DNA of 64,000 bases from Rhynchobatus australiae (lineage: Eukaryota): NCBI GenBank assembly GCA_034780895.1, contig JAUZTB010000033.1, forward strand, positions 38,045,605 through 38,109,604, in the 5' to 3' direction. Below the pieces are notes generated by a model, which was not told the origin of the DNA, ran no database searches, and was given only the letters and a program-made list of their open reading frames with translations. The translations under genes were made by a program, and so were the position numbers. Positions 38,001 to 50,000 of the stretch are shown piece by piece (the stretch's first letter is position 1; the number at the start of each line of letters is the position of its first letter).

Positions 38001-41000
38001 GCCTTTCGCAGGGACTGCTCTCTCTGCGACTCCCTAGTTCACTCCAGCCACCCACCCATCGTGGGAACTTTCCACTGCCCCTGCCATAGGTGCAACACTT
38101 GCCCCTACACACCTCCATCTCCCTATCACCACCTTGTGCCCACCCCACCTCCTCTCTTTTGTCCACCGATCACTGCTTTTGCCTCCTATATATTGGGCTT
38201 CCCCTTTTCCTATCTTCAGTCCTGAAGAAGAGTCCTGCCCCGAAACGTTGATCATCACGGATGCTGCCTGGCTTGCTGAGTTCTTCCAGCATTATAGTAT
38301 TTTTCACCTAGATTCCAGCATCTACAGTCCTTTGTTTCTCTAGATAAAATCCATAGACACTAGCCAGTCTACCTTATTTGTTCCTGTTACAAAAACTTCC
38401 AACAAAATTAATTTGACATGACTTTTACATATTCATGTTGGCTGCCTCTGATGTATTCAAATTTGTCCAAAAACTCTGTCATAATAGATTCTGATAACTT
38501 CCCCATAACTGATAGTGGATTAATGAATCTGTCATATGATTGTGTATCTCTCTTTCTTATGTAATGGAGTGATATTGGCAATTAGAATCCCTCCATCTTC
38601 TGGCACCACTCCTTGAAATCCAAGGGGAATGAAAAATTATTTCCTGTGCAATCTCCTTCCATCCTTCCTTTAACATCCTGGGATGTATTTCATCCTGGCA
38701 ACTTACCCATTTTCAAAGATGATAAACCCCTTAATACTTCTGTTTTACATAAATATTTCATTCGATATTTCACGTTCATTCATCTTCACTATGGTATCGG
38801 CATCATCCCCATCTTCTGTGAAGACAATTGCAAAATATTCTGTAAGCGTCTTACCCACATCCTCTGTCTGCACACATAGGTTACCTTTCTGGTCCTTCAT
38901 GTGCCTNNNNNNNNNNNNNNNNNNNNNNNNNNNNNNNNNNNNNNNNNNNNNNNNNNNNNNNNNNNNNNNNNNNNNNNNNNNNNNNNNNNNNNNNNNNNNN
39001 NNNNNNTATGTACTTATAACAGGGGTTTGGATTTTCTTTTGTTTTACTTATCAATATATTTTCAAGTCATATTTATTCTTTTCTAATTGCCCCTTTTATT
39101 TTATTCCGAGATTTCCTATACTTCTCCAGGGTTTCTTCTGTACTGAGCTCTTGGTATCTGATGTAACCTGTACTTTGATGTTCTCTTGTTTTTGCAGCAC
39201 CATACACGGACATATTTAGCTATACTTGAAGACAAATGTCTTGTTTCTTGCTGCTCCCTCATAGTTTCTTGCTGCTACACACTGCTGATCTGTTCCTCCT
39301 TGCTTGCACACTGCTGCTACACTCACCTCAACTTTGCTACTTCACTCATTACTATCCACCCCCCACCCCGGCTACTTTGTTCAAGGTTCCCACATTTGCC
39401 ACATCCCTAGCTCTATCCACCCTTGCAGACTTGTGCTCATCAGTACAGTAATCCGATGTTGTATGTTGATATACCTGTGCCCTCTTATGCAGTGCCCTCG
39501 TGTTACAAAGTAGCAGACCCACCAGCATAGTAATCTAGTATTGTATGTTGATGAAGTTGAGGGACCTTGACAGAATGGATATGAAGAGAATGTTTCCTCT
39601 TGTGGGAGAATCTAAAACTAGAGGTCACTTTAAAAATAAGGGATGAGATGAGGCAATTTTTTTTCTGTCAGAGAATTGTGAGTCTTTGGAACTCTATTCA
39701 AAGCACGTTTAAATCAGAGCCTTTGAATATTTTCAAGGCAGAGGTAGATAGACACTTGATGACGTGGTGGAGGATTAATATGGGTGGATGGGAATGCAGA
39801 GTTGAAGTTGAGTTAAAATTCGCATTGACAGAGGTTGGTTTCCAAAAGGCCTAATTAGATTTTTTGGGTGAAATGAAAACAACCAGAGAGCTCTTCATAT
39901 ATCATTTGAGGCTGTAATCTGTGGAATGCATATTTTGCAATAACAGGAGAATCGGCTTAATGGCCAACTGAGAATCTCTGATTTCTACAAAGATATTTGT
40001 AGCCATTGCAAAACATGATCATGGTCTTTTATGGTTTTTTTTAATATCCATTTCCTTCCAATGTCATCAACTGCAGAGTCAGCTGATATACCAATAGTTT
40101 TCATTAATCTTTTGCTAACATTTTCTAATGCCTCTAAACAGTGCAATCTCCATTTTTTGATTAGGCTTCCATAATACACTTTGGAACATTGCTTGTTATC
40201 TGCATAAAAGTTTCAGTATTCCTTAATGACTGGCAAGAATAATTTGTCTGAAGAGGGCTAAATTAGTTGGTTGGATGTGGAATTAAAATGGTTAGGAAGA
40301 CAACTGTGATGGATTTTTAAAGACCTATTTTTCTGTACTTTATATCCAGCTGGTGTACTGCTGATTGTCAAGAACTACACAGGAGATCGGCTAAACTTTG
40401 GTTTAGCCCTAGAAGAGGCAAAAATGGAGGGAATTCCTGCAGAGATGGTTATTGTGGCTGACGATTGTGCCTTTACCAGGCAGAAGAAAGCTGGTAGGAG
40501 GGGTCTGTGTGGCACAGTACTTATACATAAAGTAAGTCCATTTATTATAACTCTCTTCAAAGCATTTTTAAGGTAGAGCCTTTGAATACTTTTAAGGCAG
40601 AGATAGATAGGCACTTATTAATATAGTGGAAGGTTAAAGTCTGAAGCCTTGGTGCTACATCAAGAGATCAATTTCACATAGTTACTAATGGGATTGGGAG
40701 TTTTTAAAGAAAGTGATGCATCCTATCCAGAATGCTAAAATGTCCAGGACAGCACAAAGAATTTTTCAATTTTTTTGGGGGAACTAGAATTGTGGTGAAT
40801 ATTATAGCTCTGTCAAGAATGGGTTAAGATAGGTTATAATAAACTCATTAATTTTAATTACGCCTCTGGTAGATACCTTGGCCTAATGGTACAATATTCA
40901 TGTCATCATGCTATTGAATCTCTATGAAAAATGTTGTCCATGAAAGCTGGAGATATCACGTGAATCATGGACCGCAGTTTTCCATCTGGTTATTCCATCC

Positions 41001-44000
41001 ATCTGAAGCTGTGACCCTTGGAGGATTCCAGACATCTGCAATGGCTTCCGTTGGAGTCCAGTGCAACTTCCATGATTTTTATTCGCAAATGCATGGCTTG
41101 CAGTTAACACGAGCCAGTCATGCAGAAGCAAACCTTGACGTTTCTTTTCAGGTCTGTTTTTGCTCTTTCTAATCCTGTCTCAGAACAACTATTAGGAATA
41201 GCTGGCAGTGGTTATGGCCTGTAAATAGGTACTGTAAATAGGTACTGTAAATAGTAACTTGCAAAATTAGTGTAAATGGACNNNNNNNNNNNNNNNNNNN
41301 NNNNNNNNNNNNNNNNNNNNNNNNNNNNNNNNNNNNNNNNNNNNNNNNNNNNNNNNNNNNNNNNNNNNNNNNNNNNNNNNNNNNNNNNNNGATCTGATAG
41401 TAGTGGAAATGGAAAGGATAATAATGCATTGAGTAGGAAATGAAGTGTATAGCAAAAGAATAAAGAAAATGCTTGGTAGTGAAGGGGCAAAAGTTCAGAA
41501 TGCCACACTGAGGTAGGAAAGGAATAAGAGTGCAAACATTGCCTGAGGAGCTGGAATCAAAAGTGCTAACTTGAATTGAGAAGGAAAACAGAAGATTCAT
41601 GTTACCTTAGCTCATGCTGGCAGAAGAATGGCAGCTGAACCGAATTAGTGCATGCAGACCAATACAGAAAATAATGCTTTTTTAAAAAAAAAGCTGTGGA
41701 TGCCCCCAGGCAGCTGAATTCAGGAATAGCCTCAATGTGAAAAACAAATCCTTATAGACAAGGTCTGCAATGTGGAGTGTAAGTCTAATTCAGGATTCCT
41801 AACAGAAGAGGTAAATATAGAGAACTTGAAGGGTCATAACCAGAGCCATTTCTACCAATGAAAGTTATTGGCAGGAAAATACCATATTTTCTTCATTTGT
41901 GCCTAATTTTGTTGAAGGTAGGGAAAAGGAAAGTGGAAATTTGTAAAATAAGGTTTTTGAATAAAATGTGTTGGACATTTTTTCATAAGAACTAATGTTT
42001 CACAGAAAGAAATACTCCAAAATGATTAGAATTGTTTCTTGTCAATATTGTGCTTTGAAAATTTGTATTTGAAACATTTACTTTGAGATTAAAGAGTTGC
42101 AAGGTGAGATTCGCTTCACTGAGAAAGGACTGAATTTGGAGATTGAAATTTGAAAATGTGACAATGGCTGAAATATTCAAATCAGACAATGATGTACTCA
42201 GGCAGCACACCAGATGTTACAAGTCAAATAACGAGTCTTCCTTGGCTTGTGACTTTTTAAATTAAAAGTGACGCTGCCATATACCTTAATAATCAGATAC
42301 TTCCTTGTGAAAGATTGCAGTAATCTTCAAATGTGGTAATGGTTGGTGAATCAAGGACCAACTACTGATGTTCTTGTGATTGCCTGTGATCATAACTTAA
42401 AGTAACAACTCTGAGAGATGTATTGATGGAACTTTAGAAAGTATTTCTCCAGCAGGAAACCAAATATTTTCAGGAAAGAAGGAATGTTGGGTATTTAGAT
42501 GGCGGCCCTTCCTTTATTTTTAATTAACCTATCTTTGCTGTTGACAGATAGCTGGGGCCATGTCTGAAATGGGGAAGTCATTGAATGAAATTTTAGAGAA
42601 ACTGAACACCACTTTAAATAAATTAGGTAAGTGGAAACGAAGCAGGTTGTAGAAACTGTTAACTTTTCAGGTTGATGACCCTTCATCAGAATGACCCATC
42701 TCTGCAGATGCTGCTTGACTTCTGAGTATTTACAGTATTTTCTGCTTTTACTTAAGACTTCCTGCATCTGCATTTTTTAAATTTCACTACTACTACTAAC
42801 AATGCTTACACAGTGCACAACGTAGAAAGCAATTTTTGTGGGATTGCTGAGTTTGAGGTACACTAAGAAAACAGTTGGATTGAATCACCTGCCAGTCAGG
42901 TTGGTGAGATATGCATTTTTGCAGAACAGAACTATAGAGCAGATTCAGTGTAGACAATATCATTGTGCATCTAAAGTGAGTGGCGGTAAATTTGCTTCAA
43001 GTGAAGGGCATCCAAGGAATGAACATGGAATTAAACTATGTCATTTGCATATTCAAATGGAAATAGGAAGATTGCTATTTACCACTTATTTCACTAATGT
43101 TGGTCTCCTGACTTTGCATCCAGATCCCATTCAGGGATGGTAGATGTGGAAGGATGCAGGCCACAGATGAATATCTGCCAAGGATGCTATTCATCCAGGG
43201 CAAAATAGAGGGCAGTCATAAACCATGTTTTCTACTTGTGGACTGTCAGCCTCATGATGCTCTGCTTCATCACCTCTTGGGTCTAATTACAGACTTGGAC
43301 CTTGATTAATCTGACAAATTAAGAGCTAGAGTAGGCCATAAAGATTCTTTTATCTGTTCCACCACTCAATAAGATTATGACCGATCCAGTCTTTGGTTTG
43401 AAATCTATTTACATGCCCATTCCCTATAATCCTCAATTCCTCCATATCTCTTACTCTTTAAAAGATGTAATAAGTTTTGGGGCTGTAAGAGCTGCTATTG
43501 CTTAACTTCAGCTTGAATATATGTCATTGTGACGTGGATCCATTGAAAGCAGAATCATGTGCGTATCCTCTTGACCTCATTTGTTGTTTTTTTTTCTGTA
43601 TTCTCCTTCTCAGGTACAATGGGAATCTGTTTGTCACCTTGTAGCGTTCCTGGATCTGGGCCAACCTTCCATTTGGATGCAGATGAATTGGAACTTGGAC
43701 TGGGTAAGAGGTTGTTCGTAGAATAAAATTTAGTATTACTAATTAGTCACGTACTGTAATACAATAAACTTAACTCAACATGATTACAAAAAAGTGTCTT
43801 CTTCCTGGGATACTAGGTTTGGAGGTGGACTCAGGAAGTCAATGTAAAAAAAACATGAGTAGATCATTCATTACTTGATACTACTTCACTATTCTATTAG
43901 ATCATAGATAACCTTTCATCTCAACACCACTTTCATGCACTAAGCCCCATATCCCTTGATTCCCTTCATAACTAAAAACCCAGTGATCTTTTTTTGAATA

Positions 44001-47000
44001 CACCCAGTGACTGAGTCTCCATGGTCCTCTTGGATAGAGAATTCAATAGATTCACCACCTTCTGAGTGAAAAGAATGTCTCCTCCTCCCCTCTCCTGAAT
44101 GACCAACTCCTTATTTGATATTGTGACTTCTGTTTTCTACTCCAGCCAGGGAAACATTAAAATCACATCTTTCCTTTCAAGCCCCTCAAGAAATTTGCAC
44201 CCTTCAATAAGATCACCTCTCATTATTCTAGAGAGTATAAGGCTAGTCTGCTTAATCTCTCCTCAAACGATAAACCTTTCATTCCAGGAATTATCACAAG
44301 AATATCCTTTAATGGGTAGAGAGACCAGACCAGTGCACAATTGTCAAGATCCAATCTCACAAGTGCTCCAAATGGTTGAAGGTGGAAGTCACTGTCTTTG
44401 TATTCAAATTTTGTTACAAGACAGGTCAACATAATGTGGACTTCATAACTGCATTCTGTACCTGCATGTTAACTTTCCCAAGGAAAACCAAACGCTTCTG
44501 AGTATCAACATCAACTGTTTCCTATTTATTCAGCAAAACCAGATGATCTCACATTTTTCTACTAATCATTCATTCTCCATGCCCTTGTTCATTCACTTAG
44601 CCTCTTTATATCCTCTTGCAGCCTTTCTGCATCTTCTTTGCAGCCCAGATGGTCACTGAGCTTTGTATCATCAACACAGTTGGAAATATTATCTTCATTC
44701 CCTTTCTCCAAATCTGTGAACTGCTGGACCCCAGCATTATTCCCTGTGGCACATTGCTGGTCAAAGCCTCCCAATATAAAACTGTTTCCCTTAATTTTAG
44801 TCTTGGTTTTCTGTCCATTAATCAATCATCAATTTGTGTGTGTGTGTGTGTGTAAATATATGTCATATCATGTAGTCTAGTTTTGTTTCCTGATCTTTTA
44901 GGTGGTGCCTTATCAAAGACCTTCTGAAAGTCCATATCAATTGTTTTGCCCTCTATCTATTCTGCTAATTACAACTGCAAAAGAATCTAACAGATTTGTT
45001 AAATATAATTTCTCTTTCAGTAATCTATCTTTACTGTGTACAATCCTTTTTGCCCTTCATGCCATTACTTNNNNNNNNNNNNNNNNNNNNNNNNNNNNNN
45101 NNNNNNNNNNNNNNNNNNNNNNNNNNNNNNNNNNNNNNNNNNNNNNNNNNNNNNNNNNNNNNNNNNNNNNNNNNNNNNNNNNNNNNNNNNNNNNNNNNNN
45201 NNNNNNNNNNNNNNNNNNNNNNNNNNNNNNNNNNNNNNNNNNNNNNNNNNNNNNNNNNNNNNNNNNNNNNNNNNNNNNNNNNNNNNNNNNNNNNNNNNNN
45301 NNNNNNNNNNNNNNNNNNNNNNNNNNNNNNNNNNNNNNNNNNNNNNNNNNNNNNNNNNNNNNNNNNNNNNNNNNNNNNNNNNNNNNNNNNNNNNNNNNNN
45401 NNGAATGAATTAGATTGTGTGTTTGAGTGGTTTCCCAATGACAACCAATAACTTTTTTTGCTGAGTGAGTCAATGTCGAACAAAATTTTTTGCTGTACTT
45501 TATGGATCAGGATACTGGATTTCCATTCCTGTGCTGGATCAGAACATTTATGGATTCTCCCATTTGTCTCTACTATTGGGCTCAATATTGGAAGAAAAAC
45601 TATCAAATTTTATCCAACTTTAACTCTCACTAGGAAGTGCATTGCTGCAGACAGTGGATGGAACAAGATGGCTTGGCTTAGATTCTGCCCTTCTGTTTTA
45701 ATAGAGCACTCATTTTTAGGCATATAAAGATTGCTGTTTTGAGTGAGGTATCAGAAGGTGAATGAACACCATGCAACCCTGTGTAACAAAGCTGAACATT
45801 TTATTGAGAGAATAGAAATGCACAAATAGTTACAACTATTATTCTGAGACCACTTTCATTCTTTACTTAGGTATCCATGGTGAAGCTGGCATTGAGCGGA
45901 TAAAAGTAAGAGAGCTTTATACTGTGAGGTACAGTCGGGGAGGGAAGCCTAATTTATGAGGTTCAATGTAAAGGAAATAAAATGTGAAATGATTATTGTA
46001 AAATACCTTTGCTTGCTTATTAGAACAGAGACAAAACAGTGCATTGCACTGCTTGCATTATGTAGAAGTATCTCATCAAAATTCTAAGCAGATGACTTGG
46101 ATCTATGCCAGTGCATATCTGCTTTTAAATAGGTCTTGAGTGACGTAACTGCTGGGAATTGCCCTATGTTCCTTCCTTCGCACTAGGGTTAGTATTTTGA
46201 AGTTAGGATTAGTATTAGAAAGTTAAGGTTAGTATTAGTTAGTTAGGTAAGTTTAGGGTTGGCATCAGAAAGGTTTTCTAAAATCATAAGACTTTATTTA
46301 ATCCATGGAGCTGCTAAGATACTACTAATAGACAAATGTAATTTAAGGAGTGCACTTTGTATCAGAAGATTAAAATGCTCTTGAAACATAAGGACAAAAT
46401 CAAGATTGATGCTTTAGTGCAGGGCCAAGAGAATTGTCATTGCCAGAGATCATATTCTTTGGAACGTATTTTAGACCAATGCCCCCTAAACAGCCCATGG
46501 CACTGTTTTGAAGATTTTTTCTGCATGTTCAACCAAGATTAATCTTTTAACCAAGATCATTAATCCAGTAAAATCAATTAATGTTATTGCAGTGTTATTT
46601 GAGGGGCTTTGCTATATGCAGATTGATTTGTTTCTTTTTTCTGTTATCATTACCCTTCACGTCCCTTTCAAAGTAAAGCNNNNNNNNNNNNNNNNNNNNN
46701 NNNNNNNNNNNNNNNNNNNNNNNNNNNNNNNNNNNNNNNNNNNNNNNNNNNNNNNNNNNNNNNNNNNNNNNNNNNNNNNATGCTAGCTGAAAAAGCTAAA
46801 GGTCGGCTAAATTATGAAAAGTATCAAAATGTTGTACAAAAATAACAAAAGCCTAGTTAAAAGCTAAAAGCTAGCCTAATGATAAAAGTAGCAAAATTCT
46901 AAGTAAATACCAGAAGTAGCAAACTTTACTTAATAAGTCATCCATTATGCCCCCTTGTTTAGGACTGGAGCCAATCTCAGCTGCTTTTGAGTGAAGGCAG

Positions 47001-50000
47001 GGGACGCCCAGGACAAGTCTCCAGTGTGTCCCAGAGACACCTAAGGCAGGTCTCCAGTCCATCACAGAAACAGACAGAGTCGAACAACCATCCACAACCC
47101 CAGTCACAGTATAGGAACAATTTACTGTTGCACAGAAAACAGGGATTCAAACTGAGGACTCAAGTTCTCAATTGAGAGTTCTAATCACTAATTATCAATA
47201 ATAATTGATCACATGCTAAATCCCTCCAATGAATCTCATCTGAGTTTGCAAGCAGGTAAATACTCGAGTTCTGTGTGAAGGAAGAGCTAATTTGTGCTAG
47301 CCCTTGATGCATTGAGCATCAAACTAACTGTAATTTTTAACGTTCATCACTATGAAAAATGTGTAAGTCACTAAGAAGCATCATCTGAACCCAGGAAAAA
47401 ATGGTAACTTGTAAGAAGTCTTTGGAGAATATCTCACAGCCTAATCATCCTCTGTGTTAAATTTTACAATTTCAGAGCATTGGTTCTGAGTTGATGCATC
47501 ATAAATTCAGACTAATTCCACACAAAATATTTGTATCGAAGGAATCACCACACTTTAATTCAAAATATAAAATGTAATAAGAAAGAAGGTGTTTAAGATG
47601 TATTAGGTGGTTACAGATACAAGTCTGAGGAAAAGGAAAGGCACTGTTCAGTGTACAGTTGTCCCCCTAAGGGAGAAACTGGGGAACCATCGTGCACAAT
47701 GTACAAATATTTCCTTGGTAGATAGGTAAGGAGAGACCAGAGTCATTTCCAAATATTTTTTCATATTCACATTCTTAAAAATATGATTTTGAATACCTAA
47801 AGAGACAGAATGTTCACTAGCAAGATTATAGAGGCCGATAGGCATGATTACAAAGCAATTTCAATGTCCACACATTGTTCTGATTTTGTGTTATAGGTTA
47901 ACCTTGCATGCATATTTGAATATCTTTTGTGTTACTGGAACAAATTATTGCTCTTCTGAAGTATTCAAGCCAATCACTGAGATGGTGTGTGGTAATAGTT
48001 TAAAGAATATAAACAAGCTTTGCCATTTTTATTTTTGGTTAAGAGTTAAGACAAAGTACTGAGTTAATGACTCAATTCAAAAGTTTGGTTTTGCGGCCTC
48101 AGCCATAGGATGATGATTGCTTTAAAATTGATGTTCCTGTCTGGATTATAAGGGGTTTCAATAGCCTTTAGTTGCTTCACAAGTTTCAGCTGAACTTGTT
48201 GGTATGCTTGCTTTCTTACTGAATTTCATTTTCTTCTGTGCCTCCAGGAGATCATATTGTGCTGATTGTGAACAATCTTGGAGGGATGTCCTGCCTGGAA
48301 TTGAATATTGTGGCAAATTCTGCAATTAAGTATCTGGGTAAATTCACCAAGGATTTTCATCTGAAACTCATAACTAAGATTAAAACAAGTGAACACAAAG
48401 AACAAAAAGAATGATGATTAGTAATATGGACATTAANNNNNNNNNNNNNNNNNNNNNNNNNNNNNNNNNNNNNNNNNNNNNNNNNNNNNNNNNNNNNNNN
48501 NNNNNNNNNNNNNNNNNNNNNNNNNNNNNNNNNNNNNNNNNNNNNNNNNNNNNNNNNNNNNNNNNNNNNNNNNNNNNNNNNNNNNNNNNNNNNNNNNNNN
48601 NNNNNNNNNNNNNNNNNNNNNNNNNNNNNNNNNNNNNNNNNNNNNNNNNNNNNNNNNNNNNNNNNNNNNNNNNNNNNNNNNNNNNNNNNNNNNNNNNNNN
48701 NNNNNNNNNNNNNNNNNNNNNNNNNNNNNNNNNNNNNNNNNNNNNNNNNNNNNNNNNNNNNNNNNNNNNNNNNNNNNNNNNNNNNNNNNNNNNNNNNNNN
48801 NNNNNNNNNNNNNNNNNNNNNNNNNNNNNNNNNNTGTGTTAGTGGTGTTTCTACGACCTATGGAGGAAATGGTTTCAGGTGTTAATATGCATAAATCATT
48901 AAAAAATTTTTAATGTGTACAAAAAGTACTTTTTAAAAAAATCTAATAGTATAGGGTTTTTCTTAAGGAGATTGGCATTCAAAAGTGCACAAGAAATGCA
49001 TCAGTTGTGCAGAACCTAATTATATCCCATCTTCATTCAGAACCTCAGGACTTGTGTTTTGACTTTGGTGAGGGTATAATGCAGATTCACCAAAACAATA
49101 CCAGAACTTGATGTTATAACTGAGCACTTGGTTTGCATTCCATTCAGTCTGGAAGGATGTGGTGTGATCTAATCAAGATTTTAACATTAGGACATTTTTT
49201 TGTATTCCTCAGATGTGGCCATCTGTTGCAAACCATTTATTGTTCATCCTTATTATCCTTGAGAAGACAGTGGTGACAACTGAGCATCTTATTGGGTTCT
49301 TTCAGTGAGCAGTTAGGAGTCAACCACATAGCTGTGATACCATGTTAGCCAAACTGCGTACGAACAGCAGAGTCATTAGGGTAGCCACAGAGAAACAATT
49401 TCCTCAGTAAGGGACTTCAGAACAACAGTGCATTATCTTAAAATGAGAGAGAGGCCAATTAACAGTCAAGAAGCATTATTTTACATAAAAAGTGGAAATC
49501 AACATTTTATTCCGCAAAGTCTGTGGACCAAGTTTGCTTAATTTTTATTGGGCATTGATTTCTCAGGATGTGAACAAACATAAATAAATAGGGTTGAGGT
49601 ACTAATCAGATATGATATAATTGAACAACAGAATAAGCTTGTGGCAGAATGGTACACCGTTGTTCCTTTGTTTCTATCAGCCTACCTCCCCAAAGAAAAT
49701 ATAATGTAGGAGAGACAGTAGATTAGCATATTCAACTAATTTTCATCTAGATGAAGAGTCTCAACTTGAAAGGTTGACTGTTCAATTCCCTCCACAGATG
49801 CTACCTGATCTGCTGAGTTCCTCTCTCTAGTGTTTTTTGTGTTGATCCAGATTCTAGCATCTGCAGTCTTAGGGTCTTCTTTTTTTATGTCCCTTTGGTT
49901 TGTGCCACATTTGATTCAAATCCAGACTTAAGAAGAAAAGGGACATGTTCTAACCTCCAGCAATATCAAAGTCTTCAGAATTGAAGCAATAGGTAACAAG

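Noticed and set aside
37102-38089. Overlapping 100-193 aa ORFs as a possible nested gene
   Set aside because: Fragments of a decayed Penelope-like RT with stops and frameshifts
41219-41256. 13-bp tandem repeat x3 (also a ~24-bp duplication at ~15838-15881 and cataag repeats at ~20397-20445)
   Set aside because: Simple slippage duplications; no spacers or cas genes, so not CRISPR
41611-41680. LAEE-containing stretch as candidate TKFC exon
   Set aside because: The true 79-nt exon with proper splice sites is at 42548-42626
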